Notes: a model not told the origin generated them from the sequence alone. A DNA stretch of 64,000 nucleotides from a virus (IMGVR_UViG_3300013121_000010:13903-77902), one strand, 5' to 3'. Positions 1 through 10,588 are shown, counted from the stretch's first letter. Numbers and translations: made by a program.

Positions 1-2
1 AC

Positions 3-884
3 TATTGTTATTCTTCTTTATCAAGAAATAATACAACAGCAAATTTTGGTATTGATGTGACTGCTGGCGGTTCACCAGGATATGATTGGGGAGCATGGAC
101 AAACCTATTAATAACTCCAACAAGTGCAACTGAGGCTTATGCTGATAGTGGAGATACTATAACGCAAGTATTGAATAAAGATTTCTATTTAATGGAACTT
201 ATATTTCATAAAGGTTCCACCAACCCACCAATTTATTGTCATTTAGGTGAGTTTGGAATAGATGAAAACGGCGGAACAAATTTTAAACCAATTATAAGAG
301 ATTTATTTGCTGGACCAGGAGCAGAAGCTCCTAATATAGGATGTTTTTCCGGTATGCATTATAAATTTCCAATTCATATCAAATCTGGCAGTACTATAGG
401 GGTTAGAGTAAAAGGAAATAGTAGTGGTTTAGGTTCTAGAACTCTTCTGGCAGGTGTAAGATTATATGGCAGTCCTATAAAAACAGAGATGCTTTATGTT
501 TGTTCAAAATTTAAAACATTTGGTATAGTTGGAACTTGGGGTACTCAATTACCAAACATGCCTTCATCTTCTGCATATTGTGCTGACACTTTAATTGGCA
601 CTACCGACAGAACATATAAATATTGGAATTGGGGAACATGTGCAAATACATCTGGTCATACAAGTGGTAGACTAGTTTTTATTTTTAAATTTAAACCGCC
701 AGGAAGCAATGAAAAAATAAATTTTATGTATGTTAGAAATTACGCTTCTTCAACAGAAGATTATGGATTTTATAATAGTGGTGTTTTTAGAACTATACCT
801 GCCGGTTCAGAGTTATATTGTTCAGGCCATGTTAATTCAGGTAATTTAAATTTGAATTCTGTTATATTAATAGGTGGGGTATAA
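3..884 (+). CDS. 5'-partial hypothetical virion-associated protein
   Basis: The frame of the 57..884 ORF is open back to position 3 (YCYSSLSRNNTTANFGIDV...), so the true start lies outside the window. It is G/S/T-rich, has a duplicated FGID...GG motif, and sits in the structural operon. Confidence 0.6.
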   Translation, partial: YCYSSLSRNNTTANFGIDVTAGGSPGYDWGAWTNLLITPTSATEAYADSGDTITQVLNKDFYLMELIFHKGSTNPPIYCHLGEFGIDENGGTNFKPIIRDLFAGPGAEAPNIGCFSGMHYKFPIHIKSGSTIGVRVKGNSSGLGSRTLLAGVRLYGSPIKTEMLYVCSKFKTFGIVGTWGTQLPNMPSSSAYCADTLIGTTDRTYKYWNWGTCANTSGHTSGRLVFIFKFKPPGSNEKINFMYVRNYASSTEDYGFYNSGVFRTIPAGSELYCSGHVNSGNLNLNSVILIGGV

Positions 885-887
885 AAT

Positions 888-1244
888 ATGGCAATTTCAG
901 AATATGTAAGTGCAACAGGAATGATTGGTTCTGGTGAATGGTCATTAAGTACTAATACTAGTGGTCCAGATGTTGATACAACTGACGGTGTTTTCCAAAC
1001 ATTTATAGATTGTGCAAACGTTACATCAGATGATGAATTTAAACTTACTTTATATGAAAAGGTTAGAAGTGGTAGTACGCAAAGAAAAGCTCAGTGTTGG
1101 TATATAGCATTTTCTCAAAGCGAGCCTAATTTTGTTACTCCACCAATAGTATTAATGCATGGTTGGGATTTTACTTTAATGAAATCTGGCGGTTCTGGTA
1201 GTTCACAAAGAGCTTTTGAATGGTCAATTAGACAGGTATCTTAA
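888..1244 (+). CDS. Hypothetical virion-associated protein (118 aa)
   Basis: Tightly packed ORF, predicted beta-rich by composition, in the structural operon. Confidence 0.6.
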   Translation: MAISEYVSATGMIGSGEWSLSTNTSGPDVDTTDGVFQTFIDCANVTSDDEFKLTLYEKVRSGSTQRKAQCWYIAFSQSEPNFVTPPIVLMHGWDFTLMKSGGSGSSQRAFEWSIRQVS

Positions 1245-1247
1245 ATT

Positions 1248-4040
1248 ATGAGTTGGTATTTTGATACATTTTTACCGTCAGCAGCACTATTAAATGCTGG
1301 TACTATAATATATCAAGACTTACTTATAAATAATGAATATCTTTTGAAATTAAATATAGATTCTAATATAAAAAATGAGTATTCACTTGAATTATCTTCT
1401 TTACATCCACTTAATATAGAAAATCTTAAACGAGTTCTTTCTGTAATAGCTGCAACTGGTGAACTTTCAGATACAGCGTCACCATCATCAGGTGATAAAG
1501 GAGATTTAACATTTTATTTACCAGAAGGAGTAAATACAGTATATATTCATTGTTTGGGAATGGGAGAAAATGGCTCTGGCGGTACTAGTTCTAATGGTGG
1601 AGACGGTGGTGATGGTGGTAGTTATGCTTATGATTCATTTTCAGGATTATCTAGTGTAAACTATACAATAGCTTACAGTTCATCAACATCATGCAATGGT
1701 GTTATTGCTAAATCAGGATATAATGGTGCTGGTTCAAACATTGGAAGTATAACTTATGAAGGTGGTATGTATGCTTCTTATGTTGGTAATGTTGGTGGTG
1801 GTGGCGGTGGTGGTGCTGGTGATTCGTCAAACGGTTCAAATGCTAGTGGTGCTTCTGGTGGTACTGGTGGAGGTACAAATGGCGGTAACGGTGGGAATGG
1901 TTCTTATGAGTACGGTGATGGAACTAATGGTAGTAATTATGGTGGTGGTGGCGGCGGAGCTTCTGTTTCTGAATGGATAACTGTTCCAGGAACAAATGAA
2001 TTACAAAGACTATCATTAAATGGGGCGACAACTGGAACATTTGATATTTATTGGCCTCAAAATAGTAGTACATCATACGGTGTAACTCCTGATTATTCAT
2101 CAATATCTAATGCTATATTAAATATTGTTGGAGCATCTAATTATAATCTCACAGATAATGGAAATGGTACTTATGATATTGAATTTATAAATACATATTT
2201 AGCAACTGATGTTAGTGAATTACAAGTACAAAATAATACAACAGATGGTTCTCCGTCGTTTTCAACTATAAATCAAGGTGATTCTTCAAGTGGTTATTAT
2301 GAAAATTACAGTGGTGGTTATGGTGGTGCTGGCAGGGTATATATTACATATAATTCTGAAATAGATATGATAAGACCAAAGATTGAGCATTTATTATCAA
2401 TATCTAAATCTAATTCATTAAATAATGAGTATTCTTTAAAAATAAATGATGATAGTTCTGTAAATGTAGAATGGTTAGTTGATACAAGTGGAACAGTCAT
2501 TGATGCAGATTCTATTATTTTAATTGAACATTTAACAGACTTACAAAAATCTAATTCGATAAACAATGAATGGATTCTTAACTTAATTGATAGTAATCAA
2601 TTATGTATTGAGTATTGTGTAAATATCAATAATAGTAATTCTACTACATTAGAACACTTACTTGGAGTAACCTTTTCATCTACAGCGAACGTAGAACACT
2701 CCACTCTTTTAAATAAAAGTAGTTCGTGCCTACTTGAGTATTTATTAAATATAAACACAGTTCTACTGTCAAATTGCGAAAATTTAAAAGACGTAAGTGC
2801 TACAATCAGTAATGTATTGATTGAACATTTATTAAATTTAAACATTGACTCATTAATATCAATTGAACACATGCTTTCCTTGCATAGTTCTAATATTGTA
2901 AATATAAGTCATCTAACAGATATATCAAATTCAGCTATCATATTAAATGAATATTTAAAAACTATTAATGGAAATCACATAATAAATAATGAGTATTTAG
3001 TTAAAATATCTAGTGAACTTACTTTATGCAACGAAGCACTTTCATTAATAAGTGGTCTTTCAACTTCTAGAATAGAACATCTACTTAATATAGTAAATAA
3101 TAATTTATTAAATTATGAACATTTGTCAGAATCTAATATAATAGTTGCCGATAATACAATTAATATTGAGCATTTATTAAATGTTCTAAAAGACTTGAAA
3201 AACAATAATGAGTATTCATTAGAAATTAATAAAAATTCTGAAATATTATATGAATCATTACTACAAATAGATAAAGACAATATATTCAATAATGAGTTTA
3301 CAAATTCAGTTAATATAAGTAAGATAATCTCAGTAGAATACCTACAGGATTTGATATTAAATTTAGAGATAAGCAAGGAAAATCTAACAGAAATGAATTT
3401 TTCAAAAACCCTGTTAGTAGAAGGACTATTATCTCTTTCTAATACAACTATTATAAATAAGGAAAATTTAGGTATAAGAGAAAGTTCTTACATAATATTG
3501 ATTGAACACCTTCTTGCTTTACATTCAAACCTAACATATAATTACAACATACAGCTTGAGCTTTCTAAAAACTTAGTAACTAATAACGAGAGTTTGCTTT
3601 CAGTGTTTATATCAAGAGAAACAATTTATGAATATTTAGGGCAGATTGATAAGACTTTAGTTTTGAATGATGAATTTTCAACAAAATTAAATATTGATAG
3701 AGATACATTAGTGGAACATAGTTTATTATTAAGTAGGTCAATCACACCAAATGTAGAATTTTTAACATCAGTAGGTTCTGAACATATAATAAATATTGGA
3801 TATGTATTAGCTGTAATACACAATATTTTATTGAATTATGAAAATAATGGTTCGCCTATAGATGGTTTAATACCGTTACATACCTGGGTATTAAAGAATA
3901 GGAAAAAAGTGTATATATTGTCAGATAATAAAATTAGAAACAAAAATTGGGAACTACTTTCTAGAATTTATAATTTGGTATTACCAGATAAATCATATAT
4001 TTACTACCTAAAAGGTAGAAATTTTAATTGGAGATTATAA
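1248..4040 (+). CDS. Putative tail fibre-like protein with Gly-rich domain and 14-aa repeats (930 aa)
   Basis: Gly-rich block (GGGGGGAG, GGGGGGAS, GGAGRVYI) plus a long array of (I/N/V)E(H/Y)LL repeats; structural operon context. Confidence 0.6.
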   Translation: MSWYFDTFLPSAALLNAGTIIYQDLLINNEYLLKLNIDSNIKNEYSLELSSLHPLNIENLKRVLSVIAATGELSDTASPSSGDKGDLTFYLPEGVNTVYIHCLGMGENGSGGTSSNGGDGGDGGSYAYDSFSGLSSVNYTIAYSSSTSCNGVIAKSGYNGAGSNIGSITYEGGMYASYVGNVGGGGGGGAGDSSNGSNASGASGGTGGGTNGGNGGNGSYEYGDGTNGSNYGGGGGGASVSEWITVPGTNELQRLSLNGATTGTFDIYWPQNSSTSYGVTPDYSSISNAILNIVGASNYNLTDNGNGTYDIEFINTYLATDVSELQVQNNTTDGSPSFSTINQGDSSSGYYENYSGGYGGAGRVYITYNSEIDMIRPKIEHLLSISKSNSLNNEYSLKINDDSSVNVEWLVDTSGTVIDADSIILIEHLTDLQKSNSINNEWILNLIDSNQLCIEYCVNINNSNSTTLEHLLGVTFSSTANVEHSTLLNKSSSCLLEYLLNINTVLLSNCENLKDVSATISNVLIEHLLNLNIDSLISIEHMLSLHSSNIVNISHLTDISNSAIILNEYLKTINGNHIINNEYLVKISSELTLCNEALSLISGLSTSRIEHLLNIVNNNLLNYEHLSESNIIVADNTINIEHLLNVLKDLKNNNEYSLEINKNSEILYESLLQIDKDNIFNNEFTNSVNISKIISVEYLQDLILNLEISKENLTEMNFSKTLLVEGLLSLSNTTIINKENLGIRESSYIILIEHLLALHSNLTYNYNIQLELSKNLVTNNESLLSVFISRETIYEYLGQIDKTLVLNDEFSTKLNIDRDTLVEHSLLLSRSITPNVEFLTSVGSEHIINIGYVLAVIHNILLNYENNGSPIDGLIPLHTWVLKNRKKVYILSDNKIRNKNWELLSRIYNLVLPDKSYIYYLKGRNFNWRL
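2382..3845 (+). repeat. Degenerate protein-level tandem repeat, about 14 aa period, about 35 units
   Basis: IEHLLSISKSNSLN / NEYSLKINDDSSVN / IEHLTDLQKSNSIN / NEWILNLIDSNQLC / LEHLLGVTFSSTAN and so on. Unit count estimated as length divided by 14. Confidence 0.8.
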
Positions 4041-4042
4041 AA

Positions 4043-4801
4043 ATGTCAGTAACAGCAGCAGAAATTATAACTTATGCATCAGCAAATATGCCAGAAGATA
4101 ATGTTTCAACATCTGGTGGTGCTATTGATACTACTTGTAAAATAACTTATACAGATATATCAATAACAGATAATGTAACAGTGTTAAGTAGCAATGCTGG
4201 TGACACCACACAAACTGTAACTGTTTACGGTAGAGACGGAACAGGTGTTATAGTTAGTGAAGTTTTGAATTTAAATGGAACAACTAGGGTAACAGGCTCT
4301 CAATTGTTTGAAAGAATATCAAAGATAGTTGTAAGTGCAAGCCACTCTGGAACCATTACTGTAACTAGAGATAATAGCCCAACATTTACAGAAATTGCAA
4401 CATTAGAAAGTGGTATTTTATCTGTACGCAGATTATTTTACAATGCTTCTGCCGACGCTTCTGGTGGTTCAGAACGTAGTTTTTATGAAAAAGTATTTAT
4501 TAAAAATACAAATGGAACTACAGCTTTAACTGGTGTTACGATACAAGAAAATGCTGACCCAGGAGCAAATATTACGTTTGATTTAGAAGATGCTGTTGAT
4601 GATAACAATTCAGTTTCAGATAGATTAAACGATGCTCCTACAGGCATGTTAGGAACATTTACTGGTTCTGATAAGACTGTTCCTGGTAATGATTTAGGAC
4701 CAGGAGAAGCTATTGGTGTTTGGTTAAAACTAACTTTGGCTGCTGGTGCATCACCAGCTAAAAACACTTATACAATTAGAGCTAACGGAACAACAACATA
4801 A
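4043..4801 (+). CDS. Hypothetical structural protein (about 252 aa)
   Basis: T/S/G-rich ORF. ATG at 4043, just after the upstream stop at 4040, is preferred over the TTG at 4028. Confidence 0.6.
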   Translation: MSVTAAEIITYASANMPEDNVSTSGGAIDTTCKITYTDISITDNVTVLSSNAGDTTQTVTVYGRDGTGVIVSEVLNLNGTTRVTGSQLFERISKIVVSASHSGTITVTRDNSPTFTEIATLESGILSVRRLFYNASADASGGSERSFYEKVFIKNTNGTTALTGVTIQENADPGANITFDLEDAVDDNNSVSDRLNDAPTGMLGTFTGSDKTVPGNDLGPGEAIGVWLKLTLAAGASPAKNTYTIRANGTTT

Positions 4802-5115
4802 TGAGTAGTAATCAACTTAGTAGTACAGTTTTAATAAATAAAAAACCAGATGAAAAAATTCTGGTTGGAATGTCTTTTGCTAATTGGCTACAAAGTGGTG
4901 AAACTATAAGTTCTATTACTTCGGTTTCTTATAGTGCTTGTGATGGAGCAGAAGCTCTTACATTTTCTCAACAAACAATAGTCGGTACAAATGTTAATTT
5001 TTTTGTTGAGAGTGGTAGTGTAGGAATAAGATATAAAGTTATAGTAACAATAGTAACTTCTAGTGGTCAAACATTAATTGGCGATGGACCATTGAATGTA
5101 GTACCAGGAGAATAA
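4801..5115 (+). CDS. Putative fibre-tail adaptor-like small structural protein
   Basis: 104 aa with pattern KxPDEK..F..WL..GETI...F..GG/SG..G.RYKV....TS.G.TL, resembling small phage fibre-adaptor proteins. TAATG coupling to the upstream gene. Confidence 0.45.
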   Translation: MSSNQLSSTVLINKKPDEKILVGMSFANWLQSGETISSITSVSYSACDGAEALTFSQQTIVGTNVNFFVESGSVGIRYKVIVTIVTSSGQTLIGDGPLNVVPGE

Positions 5116-5119
5116 CAAA

Positions 5120-5599
5120 ATGGCATGTTGGCAAGATACTATAGTTCTAACATTAAGAACTATTATTGACGATATGGGTGATTCTCCTAGGTATTCCGAT
5201 GAATCATTACAAAGTATTATATTAGTTTCTGCTTTAATTTTAACTAGAAGTATTACATTTTCAAATACTTATTCTGTAAATATAGGAACTAGAACGATAA
5301 CGCCTGACCCAGGTTCAGACAATGATTTTATCATATTATGTGCTATGAAAGCAGCTTGTCAAATATCAATGGCTGATACTAGAAAGAAAGCGGAAAGAAG
5401 TATGGTTGTAAAAGATGGACCGTCCAATATTGATACTAGACCATCGGCAGATGCTACTAGTAAATGGTCTGATAGAGTTTGCTCTGATTTTAATAAGGCG
5501 GAAGTTCAGTTCAGAATTGGTAATGGAACGCTTGGTAGAGCAATAATTGGTCCTTATAGAGTTTATTCTGCTATGAGTCAACCAAATAATTTTTCATAG
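5120..5599 (+). CDS. Putative head-tail adaptor/connector protein
   Basis: 159 aa, helical N-terminus (LRTIIDD...RYSDESLQ), first gene of the neck block before the tail tube. Confidence 0.45.
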   Translation: MACWQDTIVLTLRTIIDDMGDSPRYSDESLQSIILVSALILTRSITFSNTYSVNIGTRTITPDPGSDNDFIILCAMKAACQISMADTRKKAERSMVVKDGPSNIDTRPSADATSKWSDRVCSDFNKAEVQFRIGNGTLGRAIIGPYRVYSAMSQPNNFS

Positions 5600-5608
5600 G
5601 TGTAATTT

Positions 5609-6124
5609 ATGGCAGATATATTTAGAATTAATGAAAGTTTACCAGTGAGAGTTTCTGGTGTTACAATTGGTTATATACCAGGAGCAGGATTTTCTATAAA
5701 TAGAGAAAATGTAAAAACTGTAGAAAGTGAAGTTATTATGAGTAATTTAATTACTGATAGGCTTCAAGAGAATTTAGATGTATTTTCACCAGGAAAAACA
5801 GTTGTTAGAGTAGATTCTGATAGAACAATCTATGCTTATGAAAGCGGAACAACGTTTCTAGCTCATGCTGCTGCACAATTTACATTGCCATCACCAAACA
5901 CTACTGGCATTAACTTTACATTTTTACAAAAAGCTGATGCTACTATGCGAATACTTGGTAGCTCTAATATAATACATAAAGGAAATAGTGGAGCGTCATC
6001 TATAAGTTTTCAAACAGCTTCTCAAAAATTAGGTTCATCTTTACATGTAATTTCTTTAGAAGCGGAAGGTATGATATATTGGTATGCTTTTAACCTTGGT
6101 GGTACTACAGCAACAGTCTCATAA
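5609..6124 (+). CDS. Hypothetical minor structural protein
   Basis: Contains FTLPSP..G..FTF, a motif type common in small phage decoration/fibre proteins; context. Confidence 0.45.
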   Translation: MADIFRINESLPVRVSGVTIGYIPGAGFSINRENVKTVESEVIMSNLITDRLQENLDVFSPGKTVVRVDSDRTIYAYESGTTFLAHAAAQFTLPSPNTTGINFTFLQKADATMRILGSSNIIHKGNSGASSISFQTASQKLGSSLHVISLEAEGMIYWYAFNLGGTTATVS

Positions 6125-6129
6125 TAAAA

Positions 6130-6687
6130 ATGTCTAATAAAATTCCAGAAAGAGGGGACTTCTCAATACCCTCTGAAATAATAGATGAACACGAATGGAT
6201 ATCAGACTGGTTCATTGATGGCGATTTTGGTAGTAATTGTAAAATATACTATCCGCCAACAGATAGTGAATGTCCAAACTGTTTATTTGACCCACAAACA
6301 GGATTATCAGCAAATATTTACAAAGCTGGTGGTCCAATAAGTTTTCCTAATAATACAACTTGTCCTTGGTGTAATGGAGAAGGTAGAAAAACAGAGCGTT
6401 CTACAGATGATATTAGATTAAGAGTTTATTGGGGAAGTGATGGTGAATTTACATCGTCTAAACAATTTAACCAATATATTAAAAAGTCAGGATTTGATAA
6501 TCCAGAAGGTGATGTATTTATAATAGGTTATATGTCAGATGTACAAAAATTTATGCGTAGTGATTATATGATATTGTATAATACTTCATCACCAATAGAA
6601 TATAAATGTAATAGAGTTTCAGAACCTAAACCTTGGGGATTTCGTAGAAATAGGTACTTTTCTGCGTTCTTAAAAAGAAATGGCTAA
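6130..6687 (+). CDS. Putative head-closure/neck protein with CxxC...CxxC
   Basis: ECPNC and TCPWC motifs, C-terminal PWGF; position in the neck block. Confidence 0.45.
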   Translation: MSNKIPERGDFSIPSEIIDEHEWISDWFIDGDFGSNCKIYYPPTDSECPNCLFDPQTGLSANIYKAGGPISFPNNTTCPWCNGEGRKTERSTDDIRLRVYWGSDGEFTSSKQFNQYIKKSGFDNPEGDVFIIGYMSDVQKFMRSDYMILYNTSSPIEYKCNRVSEPKPWGFRRNRYFSAFLKRNG

Positions 6688-7348
6688 ATTTAAAATTGGT
6701 TTACAACTTGTAACAACACCAATAGATATTAAAAGAGCTATATTGAAAGAAATAGAAGTAGTTCTTAATAAGGCCGCTTTAATAACTGAAAAAATTGTAT
6801 ACACAAAAGCTCTAAACATTTTTATTTATTCTTTAGAAAATTGTCCTGAAATAAAAAGTTTAAAAGGCGGTTTATTGCAAGCTGAATTAGGCCCTATCAA
6901 AACAGATGTAGATATTATAATTAAAAATATAATAAATGAAATTGTAAGTACTTTTGAATTTAAAGTTGATTATTATAATTCAGTTTATGTTAGACCAAAA
7001 TTACAAATAACTATGAGTGTTTTTCCTTATAATTCCATAACAAAATTAATTAATGATATTGGAGCATCGTATAAAACAGATAAGAGTGTAAATATACCTT
7101 GGTTAGAGTGGTTGCTTTTAAGAGGTGATGTTCCAATAATATCAAATTATTATGTTTCAACATCTGGAAATTTATTAAATTCAAGAACTGGTTTAGCTGT
7201 AATGAAAAGAAGTAAAACATCTGCATGGAGAGTACCGCCTCAATTTTCAGGTGTAGAAAAAAATAACTTTATTACGAGAGCTTTAGATAATGTAGCTGAT
7301 AATGTAGTTGATATTCTCATAGAAACTTTTATTAAAAATGTCCAATAA
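6680..7348 (+). CDS. Putative neck/tail-completion protein
   Basis: Position between head-closure-like and terminator-like genes; IPWLEWLL motif. Function inferred from synteny only. Confidence 0.4.
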   Translation: MAKFKIGLQLVTTPIDIKRAILKEIEVVLNKAALITEKIVYTKALNIFIYSLENCPEIKSLKGGLLQAELGPIKTDVDIIIKNIINEIVSTFEFKVDYYNSVYVRPKLQITMSVFPYNSITKLINDIGASYKTDKSVNIPWLEWLLLRGDVPIISNYYVSTSGNLLNSRTGLAVMKRSKTSAWRVPPQFSGVEKNNFITRALDNVADNVVDILIETFIKNVQ

Positions 7349-8303
7349 TAATTACTTAAAATTAAATGGAAATCCTAGTAGTGTCAATCAAGATACAGCA
7401 AGTGAAAATATGCTGTACTCTATTATTGATTACTATAAATGGGCATTCTTAGAAATAGGTGCATATCAAAATATAAGTCGTTCACCAGCAGTTTCAGGCG
7501 TATTTGGTGGACAAAAATTTAGACTTGGTTATGTTGATGACCCTAGATTTACTACTGGTACTGTATGGCAAGGTTATAAAGGTGAGTGGGTTTGGGAAAG
7601 CGGAGTTTCATTTAACCCTCAACCTACAGGTGTTACAGTCTGGTTAAACTCTGTTCAAGTTCCAGCTAGTTCTTACTATGTTGATTATCCAAGAGGGCGA
7701 GTTGTATTTACAACGCCATCACCTACTGGTTCTACTGTAGAAGCTAATTTTTCTCATAGAACAGTTTCATTTGTAAAAACAGAAGAACCTTGGTTTAGAG
7801 AATTAATGTATAATTCTAACAATGTTAATAAACAAGAATTTTTAAATTCATTAAGTGGCGGTTCATGGAATAAACTTGGTGAAACACGAACAGAATTACC
7901 TGTGGTTGGTGTAGAAATTGTTGGTACATCTTCATACAAACCATATCAACTTGGCGGTGGGCAATGGCAATATGTAGATATACTATATTATATTTATACT
8001 GAGGATAGTTCAACTCGTAATAGATTAAGAGATTTAATATCAAATCAAAATGATAAAGTTATATGGTTATATAACAGAGATTTGATGAAGCAAGATTCAA
8101 AATGGCCTTTCACACTTGATTATAGAGGTTCGCCGATACAAGGATACTGGACATACCCATCACTTGTTGCTGAATATAATAATTATCGCTATTTAAATGC
8201 TAGATTTATTGATTCATATTCAACAAATATAGAAACTGGGAACAAATGGTTATATGGAGCGGTTGTAAGAACAAAAGCTGAAATTATAAATCCTTACGGA
8301 TAA
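7338..8303 (+). CDS. Putative tail terminator-like protein
   Basis: LPVVGVEIV...PYQLGGG...DILYYIYTED...RNRLRDLI; immediately upstream of the tail tube gene. Confidence 0.45.
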   Translation: MSNNNYLKLNGNPSSVNQDTASENMLYSIIDYYKWAFLEIGAYQNISRSPAVSGVFGGQKFRLGYVDDPRFTTGTVWQGYKGEWVWESGVSFNPQPTGVTVWLNSVQVPASSYYVDYPRGRVVFTTPSPTGSTVEANFSHRTVSFVKTEEPWFRELMYNSNNVNKQEFLNSLSGGSWNKLGETRTELPVVGVEIVGTSSYKPYQLGGGQWQYVDILYYIYTEDSSTRNRLRDLISNQNDKVIWLYNRDLMKQDSKWPFTLDYRGSPIQGYWTYPSLVAEYNNYRYLNARFIDSYSTNIETGNKWLYGAVVRTKAEIINPYG

Positions 8304-8339
8304 TCAAAAAGTGTAAAACATTATAGCGGAGAAAATTAA

Positions 8340-9458
8340 ATGGCTAATAATCGTATATTTTATGCATGTCAAAAAGGTGGTATTGCTCCATTAGGAAGCA
8401 ACACATACACTACTATTCGTGGTTTGCAATCTATTGCTATGACCACAAACTTTAACTTAGAAGCTTTCTTTGAAATTGGTAAATTAGAAATTTATCAACA
8501 AGTAGAAGGTATTCCAGATGTAACTTTAGATATGGAAAAGTTACTTGATGGTTATGCTCCAATCTATACATTAGCAACTCAACAAGGAACATCTGCAAGT
8601 TTGGTTGGTCGTTCAAATGCACGTTGTTCAGCCGCAGTTTCTATATATGCAGATACGGTAGAAAAAGCAGAAGGAAATGCAACATCAGAAGTTCAATTGT
8701 CTGGTTTGTATATTAGTTCTGTAAGTTATAATGTTGCTGTAGGTGAACGTGCTAGAGAAACAGTTGGTTTCGTTGGTAATAACAAAGTTTGGGTAAATGT
8801 AATTGCTGGAACATCTTTTGCTACTTATGGTGATGGTAATGTATTCACAAATAACGCAAATCCAAAAGCTATAAGTGGTTCTGGTGGTGTTAATGGTTAC
8901 GAATCTGTATTATTCTCATATAGCGGAACTGGTGTTGATGCTAATGGTTCAGTATCAGGAAATGGAACTGTATTACCACAAGATATTCCAGGTATATCAA
9001 GTTCTGGTACAAATGATACTTTATCTGGTGGTGCTAAAGCTGCACACCCACAATCCTTCTCTGCTTCTGTAGATTTAAGTCGTGAAGATTTGTTTGAACT
9101 TGGTCGTCGTGGTCCATACCATAAGTTTTCTAACTTCCCAACAGAAGTAACAACAGAAATTAGAGTTATCTCTTCATCTGGTGATATGGTAAGCATGAAA
9201 GAAGATGGTATTATTTCTGGTGGTGGATGTAATGTTGGTACAAACCTATATGACAGAACTATCAGATTACACATGTGCGAAGGTTTGCAACTAGACCTTG
9301 GTAAGAAAAACAAGCTACGTTCTGTAAATGTAAGTGGTGGTGATGCTACAGGTGGTAATGTTGAAGTTACATATACCTATGTCAACAACAATGATTTTAG
9401 TGTATTCCACCCATCTGACCCAAGCAGAGCAGTTTCAGGTTTCTCACCAGCATTTTAA
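8340..9458 (+). CDS. Major tail tube protein (372 aa)
   Basis: GLQSIAMTTNFNLEAFFEIGKLEIY and QSFSASVDLSREDLFELG tube-like beta motifs; GGAG RBS-like sequence upstream; followed by a terminator hairpin, chaperone-like genes and the tape measure. Confidence 0.65.
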   Translation: MANNRIFYACQKGGIAPLGSNTYTTIRGLQSIAMTTNFNLEAFFEIGKLEIYQQVEGIPDVTLDMEKLLDGYAPIYTLATQQGTSASLVGRSNARCSAAVSIYADTVEKAEGNATSEVQLSGLYISSVSYNVAVGERARETVGFVGNNKVWVNVIAGTSFATYGDGNVFTNNANPKAISGSGGVNGYESVLFSYSGTGVDANGSVSGNGTVLPQDIPGISSSGTNDTLSGGAKAAHPQSFSASVDLSREDLFELGRRGPYHKFSNFPTEVTTEIRVISSSGDMVSMKEDGIISGGGCNVGTNLYDRTIRLHMCEGLQLDLGKKNKLRSVNVSGGDATGGNVEVTYTYVNNNDFSVFHPSDPSRAVSGFSPAF

Positions 9459-9487
9459 TAATTAAAACTTAAAAAAAGGAAAAATAA

Positions 9488-9526
9488 AGAGGGTAAGAGT
9501 TTACAATACTCTACCCTCTATTTATT
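9488..9526 (+). terminator. Hairpin after tail tube gene (terminator/attenuator-like)
   Basis: AGAGGGTAAGAGT-ttacaat-ACTCTACCCTCT inverted repeat with a 1-nt bulge, followed by ATTTATT and the next ATG at 9527. Confidence 0.65.
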
Positions 9527-10588
9527 ATGGAACTTGATTATTTAGAAAAAGATAGGCTTGTTAATCAAATTCTTTCAGGTTCTATACTGATAGATTTAGA
9601 AGATTATTTCTTATTTGTAAAAGAACCTAGCCCAGAACAAAAATTAATAGCTGATAATATCTATAAAAAACAGCTTATAAATGCCGAATTAAATGATATC
9701 TGGACATTACCAGAAATGTTTGAAGAGAAAAAGCGTTTGGGTATGTGGTCAGACGCCGACCAAAAAGAAATTGACGATTTTCCTAAAAGGTTAGAGGCAT
9801 TGAAGATAGAGCTATACCAAGCTTACTTTCAGTACAAGAGAAGGGACGGTATTAAAAAAGCGTTGGAAGAACTTAGGCTTCGTGACAGTATAGTAAATCA
9901 GAAGCTTGATACATGGAAGCACACAACTACAGAAGGTTACGCTCTCTCTTGTAAAATACAATATCTTATAAGCGTAAGTACATTTACAGAAAATAACACT
10001 CTATTCTTCTCTTCTGCTAATATCAATCAGTCTTTACTTGATGAAGTACTATACCAATACACTCACTCTAGAATGGATGAGAAAACTCTAAGGTATTTAG
10101 CAAGGAATGAACCTTGGCGTAGTATATATTCTGCTGGTAAAGCTCAAGGTGGAATAAGATTGAATGATTCTTCCTTGCTTACATTTGAACAACGTTCTAT
10201 TCTGTTGTGGTCTAAAATGTATGATTCACTATATGAAAGAGGGAGTGAATGTCCACCAGAAGAAGTAATAGAAGATGATGACTGTTTAGACGGTTGGATG
10301 GTTCTTGAACATAGAAAAATTGAAAAAGAACGTAAATCTAATAGTGGTTATAATCCTGGAAGTAAGTATAATAAAGCAGATGAAGTATTCATTCCGGTTG
10401 ATAATGTAGAGGATATTAATAGAGTTAATCAAATGAATAGTCCTGCCGCATTAATTAGAAAACAACAAAGAATGAATGCTTTAAGTAACGCGGGTGGAAA
10501 ATTAGAAGATAAGTACATGCCTGATTCACAACAAAAGATTAGAGAATTAATAATGAAGGAAGTAAGTAATCATGGAAATAAAAAATAA
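9527..10588 (+). CDS. Putative tail assembly chaperone, long paralog (353 aa)
   Basis: Lies between tube and tape measure; N-terminal part resembles 10942..11736. Confidence 0.5.
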   Translation: MELDYLEKDRLVNQILSGSILIDLEDYFLFVKEPSPEQKLIADNIYKKQLINAELNDIWTLPEMFEEKKRLGMWSDADQKEIDDFPKRLEALKIELYQAYFQYKRRDGIKKALEELRLRDSIVNQKLDTWKHTTTEGYALSCKIQYLISVSTFTENNTLFFSSANINQSLLDEVLYQYTHSRMDEKTLRYLARNEPWRSIYSAGKAQGGIRLNDSSLLTFEQRSILLWSKMYDSLYERGSECPPEEVIEDDDCLDGWMVLEHRKIEKERKSNSGYNPGSKYNKADEVFIPVDNVEDINRVNQMNSPAALIRKQQRMNALSNAGGKLEDKYMPDSQQKIRELIMKEVSNHGNKK

